Counted from the stretch's first letter, positions 13,701-26,968 are shown. The stretch: 64,000 bases of DNA from Felis catus (GCF_018350175.1 NC_058369.1:17672001-17736000); one strand, 5' to 3'. Made by a program: numbers and translations. Notes: generated from the sequence alone by a model not told the origin.

Positions 13701-16269
13701 AACCCCTTTACTCCTGATATTGGGGATTTGTCTTTTTTTTTTTTTCTTAATAGAGGTTTATCAATTTCTATTACCCTTTCAAAGAAACAGCTTTTGTCTT
13801 TTTTTTTTTTTTTCCCCCCTGTTCTCAGTTTCATCTCTGCTTTTTTATTCCCTTCTTGCTTTGGTTTGTTCTCCAATTTTTGAGGTAGGAATTTAGATTA
13901 TTGCTTTGAGACCTCTCTTTTTAAATATAAGCATTTGATGTTCTAAATTTCTCACTAAGCACTGCTTTGGCTTCAACTTACAGATTTCAATTGATTGTAT
14001 TTTCATTTTCACTCAGTTCCATGTACTTTTTTTTAAATACTTTTTTTTTGTTTATTTTGAGAGTGGGGGGACACAGCGAGCATGAGCTGGCAGGAAAGGG
14101 GCAGAGAGAGAGGGAAAGACAGAACCCCAAGTAGGCTCCATGCTATCAGCACAGAGCCTGATGCAGGGCTTGATCTCCCAAACTATGGGATCATGACCTG
14201 AGCTGAAGCCAAGAGTGGGACACTTAACTGAGCCATCCAGGTGCCTCTGTTCCATATACTTTTTAATTTCCCTTTTCCCCTTTGACCCATGGACTACTTA
14301 TTTTCAAGTTTTATTTAAATTCCATTTATTTAACATATAGTATTAGTTTCAGGAGTAGAGACCCATGGATTATTTAAGTGTGTTTATTTTTCAAGTATTT
14401 TGATATTTTATTGCTATCTTTGTATTGATTTCTAGTGTGAATCAGTTACAGAGAGCACACTTTGTATATTCTCAATTCTTTTACGTCTGTTTAACTTAGA
14501 CTCTACCCTGGGTCATAAAACAATCTTGAAGGTTCCGTGTGTGCTTGAAAAGAATGCATATCCTGCTCTTGTTGGGTAGAGTGTTCTATATTTGGCAACT
14601 GCAGCATTGTGGTTGATTTATCTTTTTCAGTTCCTCTGTATCCTTTCTGATTTTTGATCTTAGGGTTCTATCAGTTATGAGAGAAGACCATTGAATTTCC
14701 TGACTATAAATCTGGATGTCTCTTTTTCCTTTAAATTCTGTCAGTTTGGGGGCGCCTGGGTGGCTCAGCCAGTTGAGTGTTCAACTTCGGCTCAGGTCAT
14801 GATCTCATGGTTTGTGAGTTGGAGCCCTGAGCTGTCAGCACAGAGCCTGGAGCCTGCTTCAGATTCTGTGTCTCCCTCTCTCTGCTGTCCCCTGCTCTTT
14901 CTCAAAAATAAACATTAAAAAAAAAATTTAATCCATCAGTTTTTACTTCATGTATTTTGCAGCTCTGTTATTTAGTACATACACATTTAGTAGTATTGGG
15001 TCTTCTTGGTTAGTTGGCCTTTTATTTTTGTGTAATGTCCCTGCTTGTTCTTGGCAGTTTTCTTTGAGATCTACTTTACCTGTTATTCATTTAGCTAGTT
15101 CTGCTGTCTTTTGATTAATGTTTGTATGTTACATTGGAAGTAGAGGAATGGAAAACAATCTGCTTGTATCTTTATAATTGAAGTTAGTTTCTTGTAGACA
15201 GCATCTAATTGTCATGATTTTTATCCACATTGTGCCAAGATCTTTTAATTGGTATATTTACTTTTCTTATTTCAGCATTTGGAAAATGTTGTGCTATTTC
15301 CTTCTGGCTTCTATGGTATCCAATGAGAAATCCACTGTCAAAGTGGTGCTCTTCTATAGATAAAGTGTCATTTTTCTCAGGCTGATTCAAGTTATTGTCT
15401 TTAGTTTTCAGAAATTTGATATGTTTGATATAGACTTCTTTGAATTTAACCTGTTTGGGTTTGATCAGCTTTTTCAATCTGTAGGTTTACCAAATTTGAG
15501 TTTTTTAGCTATTACTTATCTCCGCAGTGTTTGAAGGGAAGAGGAAAGAGTCCACCTCTACTCACCTTAGCACAGGGGAGGGAGGAGATGGTCAACAGTG
15601 TCCATCTCACAGTCTTCCCTCCCCAGGGGAGGAGTAAAGGTGCCACCTTTGCTTGGGTTAGTGCAAGTCAGGGATGGTTAACAGAACTCCACCCCCAGTT
15701 TCTGGACTCCTGGAGAAGAGGGGTGTAGGAGTATCACCTCCTTAATACAGGATGAGAAGAGTTGACAGGGCCATGCCCCACAATCTCCCCATCACCCCAT
15801 GGGGAGGGAGGCATGGCCTCTTTTAGGTACTCGCCTGGAATAGAGCAGGTATAGTCAAAAGGAACAGAATTATCTTTTAAAATAAAAATATTCTCTATCA
15901 TTATTAAATAATATCTCTGATTTGCTAGATCTTGATAATTCTGGCAGTGCTATCTCAGGGCAGACTGAGATTGCTACTCCTGCAAATAGTAATCATCATA
16001 ACTTTGCCAGATCTGTGCAGTCATTTGAAACCAAATATAAGAGTGACTTAGGATCAACTGATTTGGGAAAAAGGTATCTTTGTCAGGTTCAAATTTAGTA
16101 TCATCAACAATAGAAATAAGTACTTTCCCTTTTGTCCATTAATTACGTTGTGTTTTTTTCTGTTGGCAGCTACGTCTCCAAAGCAATATGTGATAACATG
16201 AGCATAGTATGTGTGGTGTCAAAAAATCGTGAGTCCAGCATTCTGGTGATGTATTCTTTGCATACATAA
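3207..16269 (+). CDS. FBXW12: F-box/WD-repeat protein 12, 3' part (6 coding exons; 5' exons outside window)
   Basis: GT-AG exons with consistent phase: 3207-3416 (GTMIWSSPVQQ...DGPFLM), 4218-4376 (VGNSEGDIYTLTVP...HCSPDKKWVF), 5337-5547 (VFFTECLLKPSEG...GRTVIQ), 6503-6681 (PIWMGASDGNMIVFESGPY...QRFEDHQ), 6763-6896 (DSLHVLTTS...VYMWEEEGRYPYL), 16170-16269 (YVSKAICDNMSIV...SSILVMYSLHT*). No internal stops; peptides match FBXW12 as I recall it, and the position next to PLXNB1 fits known synteny. Confidence 0.92.
5876..5942. repeat. Compound (GA)n(CA)n microsatellite inside a SINE
   Basis: Directly visible. Confidence 0.95.
9482..9697 (+). mobile_element. Young felid SINE (SINEC_Fc-like)
   Basis: ggggcgcctgggtggcgcagtcgg... 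with an A-tail; TSD aagaaattgca at 9471-9481 and 9698-9708. Confidence 0.93.
10730..11020. repeat. (CTTT)n tetranucleotide repeat (about 10744-10830) and TA-rich low-complexity tract (about 10915-11020)
   Basis: Directly visible. Confidence 0.9.
11716..11923 (-). mobile_element. Young felid SINE (SINEC_Fc-like)
   Basis: CpG-intact body; TSD ttcaattttctattttt on both sides. Confidence 0.93.
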
Positions 16270-16316
16270 TATGGAAACTAATGGAATAATTAACCTTGCA
16301 TCATCTCCCTCAATGT

Positions 16317-16322
16317 AGTAAA
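16317..16322 (+). terminator. Candidate variant polyadenylation signal (AGTAAA) for FBXW12
   Basis: AGTAAA begins 48 nt after the TAA stop; I found no AATAAA until about 16848. Confidence 0.4.
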
Positions 16323-16569
16323 GAGAATTCTATTTGCAAACTCAGAATGATTATTTGAGTGCTATTGGGAAAGAAGCAATGATTTAACTGTCTTTGGTAA
16401 ATCAGACACTGTAACAGATAGAATGTAGAGCAACATATCCTTTGTCCTTGCCATCAGGGACAGTATCGAACACTAAGGTAGTAAAATGGTCACACAAATC
16501 AATTCAAGGGGAGCATATGAGAGGGGAAAGTATGACTTTGGATTGAGGCTAGTTTAAAAGTGAAGGCAC

Positions 16570-17734
16570 AACCCTCTTGATCTCAGGGCTGTGAGTTCAA
16601 GCCCCAATGTTGGGCATGCAGCCTAGTTAAAATTAAAAAAAAAAAAAAATTAAGGGGCGCCTACCTGGCTCAGTCAGCAGAGTGTGCAACTCATTATCTT
16701 GGGGTTGTAAGTTCAAGCCCCATGTTGGGTGTAGAGATTACTTTAAAAAATCTTTAAAAATAAGATAATTGAAAAAGTGAAGGCCATCTGTATTCACTGT
16801 TCCTTGCCTATAAGCAAGAAAAAAAATTCTGTAAGATGCAAGCAAAAAATAAATATTAGAAAAACATAGACATTAATACTTAAAGGTAGCTAGAAGAGAC
16901 TCAGAATATAAATGGTAATAAAAAAAAAAATGCTCAAAAGGACTAGGAAATAGAAAATATAGCCAAAGCTACATCACATGAAAGTTTCAATTTCTGTATC
17001 ACCACAGCCATTGTAATGGAGGCAAAAACCAAAAAAAAACCTGTCCCCTAAGTTTGTATCACTGGCTCAGGATTCAGAGTTCAGGGATGAGAGTACTAAA
17101 AAAATCAAACCTAAGAGCCCCAGGTCTACCGTCCTGGCTTTGAGAGGTGGAGAGGACTGGAAGAAAGATGGCCTGAGGGAGTAGATCGTACTGTAATGGG
17201 AATGTAATCTCAATGGGAGATTTCTCCAGTGAGCAGTATGGATTTGTTGATGTGCCCACTGTCCCCTCCTGGTCAAAATAAACTTTTTTTGAATGTTTAT
17301 TTTTTAGAGAGAGTGCGAGCAGGGGAGAGGCAGAGAGAGTGGGACAGAGTATGCAAAGCAGGCTCTGTGCTGACAGCAGAGAGCCGGATGTGGGGCTTGA
17401 ACTCACGTTCTGTGAGATGATGACTTGAGCCAAAGTAGGATGCTTAACTGAGCCATCCAGGCCCCCTGGTCAAAGTAAACATTAAGCTGTGACCTGGAGG
17501 AGAAAGGAAAGGAAGCCCAGTGAGGTCTCTGGAGACGACAAGGTTGGGTGGAGAAGTTAGCAAGGAGATACACTGTAAACAGCACCTGACAGTTCTGGGA
17601 TAGTTGCATGTTTGACTTAAGTCAGAATCAAAGGAAGTCTCGGTGGCTGAAGTCAGCGAGGAACACTACTAACCGAAGGGTAGAAAGTCAAAGTTTCAAG
17701 TCACACAGACATTTGCAAGATATAATCCACATAG

Positions 17735-17766
<32 letters not shown>

Positions 17767-17999
17767 AGAGAAAAAAGACCTATATTTTATGGACCTGTAT
17801 TCTTTTTAATTTTATTTTGAGGGAGGGAGGGAGAGCAAGCCAGCGAGCATGGAGGAAGGGCAGAGAGAGAATCCCAAGCAGGCTCTGCCCTGTCAGTGCA
17901 GAGCCTGATGTGGAACTCAAACTCAAGAACCATGAGATCATGACCTGAACCGATAATTAAGAGTCAGATGCTTCACAGGCTGAGCCACCCAGGTGGCCC
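16570..17999. mobile_element. CanSINE copies downstream of FBXW12 (tandem short-type 16570-16760+, 17284-17466-, 17800-17999-)
   Basis: SINE heads and tails recognisable. Confidence 0.8.
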
Positions 18000-19395
18000 T
18001 ATAGATGTATATTCTTAAAAGATCCTTTTCACTGACCTTTAGGAAATTGATTTAGAAGTAGCCATAGCATACACCTGAAACTAATGTTATATATGAATTT
18101 TACTTCAACTGAAAAAACAAAAGTAGCCACAGTAACTAAGGAAAGGCAGCGAGGTCATTTTTCTTGCTTAGAATCTCTGTTATAAAGGTAAGATGTGACA
18201 GAGGAAAAGTGTGTGAAATAGGTGGACTTATATGTGCATGAGCACAAAGAATGTAACTTGTCCAAGGAAAGAGGAGCAAATAGGATCCCACAGCGTCTGT
18301 GATTTCTAAATAACCTAAGCTAAAGACACACAATTGAACTGCTTTTGGGCTTTCATTTTCCAGAAAAAAGTGGTCAAGATATGCAGAGAAAACTTTCTAC
18401 ACACAGAACCAAACATCGTTCAAAACTGCAAATGCAAAAAACCTTAAAATCCATGGTTAAGGTGGCTGGAATTGAAGAGAAACCTTCTAAGTTGGGGAAC
18501 GAAAAAGGGGGGGGGGATAAATCCAGAAAAGCCAACAAATGCCACATGCCTTATTCACAGACTTTTTAAGGACTCCACGATGGAAGACAGGACCCCTGCC
18601 AAAGTGGAGGTCAGGTCACAGAGCTGCAAGGTCCGGGACCCTCGGAAAAGTAACTGTCCTTCCCTTGTAGGTAAACTGAAGGGAAGTCTACCCATTGGAG
18701 AAGGATGATGGGGATGGCTGCCTCTCTCAGCTCCTCCTCCTCCTTGGAGGTGGAGTTGACATCAGTCAAGGTTCCAGAACTAGAGAGAGGTCATATACAG
18801 ATGAAGGTTTAATAAAGGGACTACTCTAATTTGGATTTGGGGTAAAAAGAATTCAAGAAACCACAGAAATAATAAACCTTAGTGATATTTTAGCCCCTTC
18901 TTTTTGTAAACATCCCTACAAGGCTCTGGCAGTTCACTTTTGACCTGTGCTCCCTAATCCAGGCCAGGTTTTATTTGTCTCAGCCCCAGGAAGCTCTGTG
19001 GGTGGGCCCCAGCTGCTGGGGACTACCAGTAAGGCTGGACCCTGCAGAGTGAAGGCCCACTACAGCTGACTTAGTTACAGAAGGGGTACTGACTCCCCCC
19101 TCCCTTCTTTCATTTCCCTGGGACCCTCAGTGCTAAAAGCCACCACTATGAGTGTGGGCTAACTATAGACCACAGAGAATTAAACAGGGCTATTCCTTTC
19201 ATCAGAACTCCTCTATTAGATATCATTGCTTTAATGGATACATTCAAAAAACATGAATGAATGGTTTATTGATTTGACTAATACATTCTACTTACTAAAA
19301 ACTTTACCGGAGAGAGAGGTACGTCCTCTCTAGAACCTTGTTCTTCACTCCGCTCCACTAAGCTGGGCCTGCGCCTGACCCCCAGGAACTAGAAC

Positions 19396-20017
19396 CGTGA
19401 ATAAGAGAACCACAGGCCCCAAATGGTGTCCCATAAGTTAGGTATTATGTCTTGGTTTAGTGATTTGGGACCCTAACCTAACTGCAGTTTCAGCCCCCCA
19501 GAAATGTAACCTTTACCTGGTCAACATGGGAATATCCTGGTCAGCACTAGGAAATTTACTGCTAGACCCTTTCCATTCCCTTTAGGAGCACAACCTTGCC
19601 TAAAACAATGGGTTTGTTGATAATAATTTCCTTTTTTCCCCCATTCCCTATCTTTAAAAACATTTCCTTTTCTATAGCCCTTTGGAGCTTCCCTTGCTAG
19701 ATGGGGATGCTGTCCAATTCACAAATGAATTAATAAAGCCAATTCGATCTTTAACATTTACTCGGTTGAGGGGCACCTCGGTGGCTCAGTTGGTTAAAGC
19801 ATCTGACTTCGGCTCAGGTCATGATCTCAAGGTCCATGAGTTTGAGCCCCACATCGGGCCCTGTGCTGACAGCTCAGAGCCTGGAGCCTGCTTCAGATTC
19901 TGTGTCTCCCTCTCTCTCTGCCCCTCCCCTGCTCACCCTCTATCTTTCAAAAATAAACATTAAAAATTTTAAAAACAGAAAATAAAATTTACTTGGTTGA
20001 ATTTTTGTAATTTAACA
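19396..20017 (+). mobile_element. Solo LTR (ERV1-like) interrupted by a CanSINE at 19770-19986
   Basis: Begins (c/t)gtgaataagagaaccacaggccccaaatgg, has AATAAA near 19732, and ends ...tttaaca. Flanks gaac/gaat look like a 4-bp TSD. The SINE TSD is atttact(c/t)ggttga. Confidence 0.7.
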
Positions 20018-20389
20018 GAATTAATCGCCCTGAATGGGGTACCACCATATGGGCAAGTCCCAGGACATGAACAGTTGCCCTGCAGATGACCTTCAACTTT
20101 AACTTCTCTGTGGCTGTGTCACTTTCTTACCTGAGAAGTACCTACCTTCACCAGTACAGCCAAACATTCAGTGTCCTCTAGCCCCACAGGGCTCACTGGT
20201 TGCTAAAGGAGAGCAGGTCTAGTGCTGGTTAGCACATCCTGCTGCCTACAGGTAAACACACTCACCAAGTTTTACTGAGTACAGGACACACACCAAAGGC
20301 ACCATAATATTGATCTGCTAACAAAAAAGATAAATTTTTTTCCTTTTTGGGTCAATTCTCCTGGCTCTCTACTACTCAATGGTCAGACT

Positions 20390-20975
20390 GGCTGGGGGAA
20401 AAAAAGGTTTTAAAATCCTAGTGTGTGACCTTCTATGATTCTGGATCCTAAGATTCCTAAGGTGCTTTATCACTGGCTCCAAAAAACAAGCAAGAGACCA
20501 GTTACCTCAAAAGCCTGCCAATGCCAGGTTCAAATTTTAACACATTATTTTTTAAATAGCCCAAACAAGCAGATTTTTAGCCATTTAGAGCCTTTTTATA
20601 CCCCCATTAAAACCTCCCCTGACTGCTATTCCCCACTGATAAGCCAGAACCTTCTGATTATAAGCCCCAGGCTGCCACGGTCATTCGGGACTATTTGACC
20701 CAGAGCCTCACCCCTCCCCCTCAACACGCGTGTGCACAAGCTGTGCTGCTGGGCTACCTCACCTAGACATCTAAGTCCCCTTGTCCTACCTCTGTCTCCT
20801 CTCCAGGAGGCCATCTTCCCCTCCAGATGGTGGCTTCTACACCACAAGCTTCTAGACGGTCTTGTGATATGAGGACCTTTCCCTCCAAGCACCACTCAGT
20901 AAAGTTTGTGTGTCATTGCCTCTTGTGGTTATACCTTTTTCCTTGATCAGCCCCCAAATTCTTTGAGCCCCTACA
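20390..20975 (+). mobile_element. Older solo LTR (ERVL class, MER73/MER74-like)
   Basis: Motif atagcccaaacaagcagatttttagccatttagagcc, TATA-like ttataag, agtaaa signal, and terminus cttgatcagcccccaaatt...cctaca. The 5' boundary and exact family are uncertain. Confidence 0.55.
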
Positions 20976-22264
20976 AACCTATATCCCATATATAAAGAAC
21001 TCTTTGGGCTCCTGGGTGGCTCAGTGGATTGAGCGTCTGACTCTTGATTTCAGCTCAGGTCATGATCTCATGGTTTGTGGGTTTGGGCTCTGCACTGACA
21101 GATTCTCTCTCTGCCCCTCCCACACTCACTCTCTCAAAATAAAAATAAAGAGCTCTTAAAACTCAACAAGAAAACCCAATTAAAAATGGGCAAAAGACTT
21201 GAACAGCTACTTCACTAAAGAGGATATACAAGAGGCAACCTTCATTAAAGATGATCCACATCACTAGCCACTAAAGAAATCTAAAATTGCAATGAGATGC
21301 CGTTATACACCTATTAGATTAGAGGGGGCAGGTGGGGAAACAATACAAACTATTCTAAGTATTTACCTAAGAGAAATGAAAACTTATGGTCACAGAAAAA
21401 CCTGTATGTAAATGCTTATAGCAACTGTATTCATAATCACCAAAAACTGGAAACAACCTAACTGTCCTTCAACTGGTGAAAGGATCAATTCAGGTCCAGC
21501 CATCCAATGGAATGCTACCCACCAACAAATATAAATCAACTACTGACGCACACAAGTCTCTCTTTTGACATCAGCTTTAGCGACATTTTTCTAGATGGGT
21601 CTCCTCAGGCAAAGGAAATAAAAGCAAAAATAAACAACTGAAGCTACATCAAACTAAAAAGCTTTTGCAGAGCAAAGAAAACCATCAACAAAAAGGCAAC
21701 CTACTGAATGGGAGATCTTGCAAATGATATATCTGATAAGGGGTTAATATCCAAAATTTTAAAATTTATAAAATATCCAAGTAATATCCAAAATAAAAGA
21801 AGTTCTACAACTTAACACCAAAAAAACAATCCAATTAAAAAACAGCAGAGGACCTGAATAGACATTTTTCCAAAGAAGATATACAGGTGGCCAACAGACA
21901 CATGGAAAGATGCTCAACATCATTATTCATCAAGGAGATGCAAGTCAAAACCATAAGATATCCCTTACACATGTCAGAATGTCTAGAATCAAAAAGACAA
22001 CAAGTGTTGGTGAGGATGTGGAGGAAAGGGAGCTCTTGTGCACTGTTGGTAGGAATGCAATCTGGTGCAGACACTCTAGAAAACAGTCTGAAGCTTCCTG
22101 AAAAAATTGGAAATAGAAATCCATACAATCCAGTAATTCTACTTCTGGGTACTTACCTGAAGAAAACAGAAATGCTACTTCAGAAAGATATATACCCCTA
22201 TGTTTTTGCAGTATTTTATAATGGCCAAGACATGGAAGCAATCTATCCATCAATGGATGAATAA

Positions 22265-22299
<35 letters not shown>

Positions 22300-22860
22300 C
22301 AACACGCAATGGACTATTACTCAGCCATAAAAAAAATGAAATCTTGCCATTTGCAACAAGGGATGAAGCTAGAGGGTATCATGCAAAGTGAAATAAGCCA
22401 GATTAAGACAAATACCGTGTAATTCCACTTACATGTACACTCTAAATAATATGGGGCACCTGGGTGACTCAGTCAGTTGAGTGTCAGACTCTTGATCTTG
22501 GCTCAGGTCATGATCTTATGGTTTGAGTTTGAGCCCTGTGTCAGGTTTTGCACTGACAGTGAGGATCCTGCTTGGGATTCTCTCTCTCCCTCTCTCTGCC
22601 CCTCCCCCACTTTGCACACACGCTCTCTCTCTCTCTCTCTCTCAAAAATAAACTTAAAAAAAAATCTAAAAAATATAATGAACAAATAACAAAAGAAAGA
22701 TACACTCATAGAGAACTGGTGGTTGCCTAAAGAGAAAGGGGTGGGGAGGAGGGGCAAAATGGGTGCAGGGGATTAAGAGGTACAAACTTACAATTATAAA
22801 ATAAGTCACAGGGATGAAAAGTACAGCAAAGGGAATAGTCAATATTGTAATACACTTACC
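20976..22860 (+). mobile_element. L1 3' fragments (ORF2 C-terminus plus 3'UTR) with SINEs at about 21006-21150 and 22453-22670
   Basis: ORF 21887-22264 [26 protein letters not shown]...[13 protein letters not shown] is a degenerate L1 ORF2p C-terminus. Confidence 0.88.
22268..22297. repeat. (GT)n microsatellite
   Basis: Directly visible. Confidence 0.95.
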
Positions 22861-25800
22861 TGGTGGTGAACCTGAGCCCCCTCCCCATCAGGACGGGGCA
22901 GGGTAGGAGGTTGGACCTGGGCAGCGTGGAGCAGCAAGAGTCCAAGATTCCACGTGGGAGTCAGGAGAAGCTGGCTAGTCCTCCTGGCCATGTGACCTTG
23001 AGCGAGTCACACTCCCTCTGGATGGATTCAACCTCCCCCAGGGAAGACACCCTCTATGCCTCCCCCAGCTTAGACCCCAACCAACAGACAATGCCAGAGC
23101 AGCACCTCTCTCGTGGGGGTAAAGGTGGAGGGATCAGCAAGACAGAGACCAAAGGCAGGGCCTTCCTGCATCACCTGGAGGCTGAATCCCACTCTGCAGC
23201 CAGGGAGACCCCCAGTGGGAACCTGGGCACGAGAAACCTCTGTTAGGCTGGGCTTCCTGGGAATCAAGGGGCAGCAGGTCGCGGGGTGTAGTGGAAAATC
23301 CCTGGGGCTGGGAACCAAGTCCTGCTATGGCATTAACCCCATGGCCTTGAACGACACTACACCAGCCATGTGCCTCCCAGGGCAAATAGGCTCTGGCGCC
23401 GGATGCACTGTTTGCCCACCAGGCCCATCCTACCTGATTTTTCACCCTGCTCCGCACTCACAAGCTGACCTCTCCGCATCTGCACCAGCCAGGCTCCCCT
23501 GCCCTCTGGTTTTCAGGTGGCTTGGCCAACAGGGGGAGCTGACAGGACAGGGCAGTGGGCAGAGCCAGGGGCCAGGGTAATTATTCCACTTGTGCCCTTC
23601 CTGTCATGGGGCAGGCTGGCAGGTGCTGCCTTCCTCCTCCGAAGGCCTCAGTGCCTGTGGGGCTGCTCCCACTGGTGCTGATACCTGCCAGGTCCCCGCA
23701 CCCTCACGACAGGGCCAGGAATGGCTGCTGCACCACCCTGCTTGGCTTCCCTGAGGCCCACAGCTCCGTCAGTAGTTCTCCTACTAAATCCACCTCCATT
23801 ACCTCTTTTCTGGTTTGTGCCACCAGTTTCTCACCAGGAACTGAACGGGTCCAGCACTTGATAAACATTGCATCATTAAATCCTGCCACGTGCCAATGTG
23901 GGGACCAGCCCTATGCCACAGGGAGGCCCCTGCCACATACCAGGATGACTCTGCTCTTCTCCCCAGAGGCCTGGCCAGTCAGGGAAAGAGAAACTCAAGC
24001 TAGAATCCAGGTCTCCTGCCTTCCTGCCTGGAGATGTGGGGGAAGAGATGCATCTAGGAGTGTGTGTGTGCTCACATGCGCACTGAGATGGATGTGAAGT
24101 TTCCACAGTAAGTACATGGTGGGGAAGTCAGGTACCCATTAGCGAGCACACGGCCCCAGCGTGTCTCATGGGCACCAGTTACAGGGCTGTGCCCTTGCAG
24201 TTTGGGGTGAAAGGCTTCAGTGGTCGCTAACCTCTGGGTACCCTTACTCCCTGCTTTGCCCTCCCAACATTATTGTAATCAATCTTCTGTCTGAAACACT
24301 CTGTGGTTTGTTTTCTGGACTAGTCCACTCACTGTTACAGGGCCCCAGTTATTTCCTTAGCTGTATCTCACTTCTAAACCAGAGGTCAGGGTAGAGACAA
24401 GATAAGATTACCCACTGAGCCCCAGCACTAGAGCTCCAGACAGAAAATTTCATAATAGTTTCTGATAAAATTCCACATCGTGACCAGAAGATGGCGGTAC
24501 GCCACCATCCCGAGTCCCCAACTCCCCAGTGGTCCAGCCACACGGGAGGAGAGAGGGGCTGCTCACTAGCTTAGGTCTGTGAGCACTCAGGTAGCCCGAA
24601 GACCATTCTGCTTCAAGTGCATGTATCAGCCAGGTAAGACAAACACAAATAAAACCTCAAAACTGCATCATGGAATAAATTCCTTTCAAACACCAAAATG
24701 TTATCTTTGCCTTAGATTTCTGGTACATATTTGGAACGGGATAAACCATAATTCTTAATTAGAACAGAACACGCTGAGTGTGGAGCCTGCTTATTCATAT
24801 TCTCTCTCTCTCTCTCTCTCTCCCCCTCTGCTGCTCCCCCCCCCCCCCCCCCCCCCGCCATGCGCTCTCTAAAAAATAACAGAACATTTAAAGGAAGATC
24901 CATGGAGCATCACCAGTCAGCTAAACCAGACAGTTTGGGTCTGAATTTGTTCTGGAATGTGTTATCCTAACAAAGACCTGGGGGGTGGAAGAGTACCTGA
25001 TACACGAGCTGGGCACTGAACAGAGAAGCCTGGAACAGCCAGGCCTACCCTGTGGCGCCCAGCACAGCCGAGAGCCATCTATCAGCACTGGCCAGAAGGG
25101 GCTGGAGTCCTTCTGCCCAATCCCAAGGTTTCAAGTGGCTTCCAAAATGATACCAACATTTATCAGCATAAATTCAGCCATTATATCGACTAGCACAGTT
25201 ATTTAAATACTAAAAAAGTTAACAAAAACACACAACTCCTGGATCTTGTCTGGACAGTTATTCCAATATTTAAATTAATGAAAGTCCTTTTACTCAAGCA
25301 AATCACTTCCTGAACCCCTAAAGGAACCCCCAGTGAGAAACAGGGTCCTTAGCACGCTAACATGTTTGTGGGAAATACCGCCACAAGGGCACACTTTTGC
25401 AACCTTGATCAGAAAAATTCGGAAGACACTGGTCAAACCGGATGACAAGTGTCTGACACTGAAACTGTGGCCCAGACCCAAGCAAACAATCACAAAGAAC
25501 TATCAGCGATGGGATCTCTGTTCTCAGCCATGGCATTTGAGTGAGGACTTAGAAATTCCTACGTTATCATGATAGATTTTCATTATCCACCTTGTTCTAG
25601 AACAGTGTTCTGTGAGGGCTGAGATGTGAAAGTGAACAACTCAGAGTACATTCAACATTCAGCACCCCCAGACACGCAGGTACCTGGTTTCCTCCCCTCA
25701 CCTACTGGTGTCCTGGAACCTGTAGTGGCCTAAGCCTGGAACAGAAGTGTGGGCCTGTTGTGACCAAGTCCACCCCAGACTGAACTCATTGGGCCTGCTC

Positions 25801-26968
25801 CCTGAGAGCCCATCGTTCGGCCTGACAGACCATGAGGGAGTCTGAGCCATTCTGAGCCACTATCTGAAGGACTAAAGCACCCATGCTTCCAAATGATGGT
25901 GCCCGACTGCTGACCTCTCTGACTGTGGTCCCGACACTGGGCAGAAATGGGGAGGGAGGGACATCAGAACAGAGAATAGCAGCTGTGACCACAGTGGGCA
26001 TGGACAGACCAGTGTGGTTCCTGCTGTTATAGGGACAAGGACTCTGAGACGGTTTTATCTAGGACCATTGAGAGGGAGGGAAGGGACTCCTAAAATCCTA
26101 TCAGCCTCTGTCTCTTCAAACTCAGTGAAGACCCGAGTGGGGGTGGGGCCCCTAGTCAGAGGGGAAGGGAGGCTGGGAGGTCTATGGGCTTGGGGAGTCA
26201 GCAGAGAGCCAAGGGGGAGAGCCATGTCAAGATTCTAGAATATTTCTGTTTGGCAGGCTGGCCTCTGGCGGAGGACAAGGGTGGTCTCAGTCAAAGGGGC
26301 ATCAACACACAGCCCCACAGACCTAGCAACACAAGACCCAACTGAGACAGTCTGGAAGCTCACCTCCAGGTACAAATCAGGAAACCCCACCCAAGGCAGC
26401 CATTACACAGGCAGACAGTTGCGCTGGGATCCCTACCCCAGACGCCTGGAGTGAGGAGACAACTCAGTATCCTGGAGAACCTTCAAACAGCCCCAGCCAA
26501 CAGGGGTGTGGAGAGCCTGGAAGCAGGACTGCGGAAGAGGGCCCCCAGACCCACTCTCCCTGAAGCTGCCTGCACCGGTGCCCTCCTTTCCCACTGCCCT
26601 TCCAGACAACGAGACCCGGATGGTGGCATTAGATTAGAACACTTGAGCTGCAGACAACACAGAGCCCCTGAAGGGACTCAGACCCCTCCACCTCGGGTCG
26701 CAGGCTCCCCAGCCCAGACTGAATGGGGTTTTCACTTCCCTCCCAGATGCTTTCACCCCAGCAGGCCTGCCCAGGAGCCAAAAAGAGCCCAGCCAGCCTG
26801 ACAGTCTGAAGTCTTGCATGGGGGTCCTGAGACCCCCCCCCACCCCCCATCCAGGGTACAGATCCTCCCTTCCCCCTCCCCCCCCCCCCCCCGTGCCTAT
26901 CAGGCACCTCCTACCAAGAGAGGGGCTGGGCCAAGCCCACATATCAGACGCCAAGCAGTGTGTTATCC

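Larger units (their letters stand above)
8700..15530 (-). mobile_element. Old fragmented antisense L1M-type element(s) in the last FBXW12 intron, interrupted by more than 10 CanSINEs
   Basis: T-rich degenerate L1 ORF2 antisense sequence (e.g. ttgaaccagccttgcatttttggaataaaccccacttggtcat; minus-strand ORF fragments EKLDFIKTKNTCSLKD...TKWKKIFAK). Confidence 0.75.

Noticed and set aside
412..22757. Many short ORFs containing SAQSLEPASDSVSPSL, DFGSGHDL or ERERER
   Set aside because: Translations of CanSINE bodies and microsatellites, not genes.
25658..25680. RE1/REST-like TTCAGCACC half-site
   Set aside because: The right half (GGACAG) is mismatched and mis-spaced.
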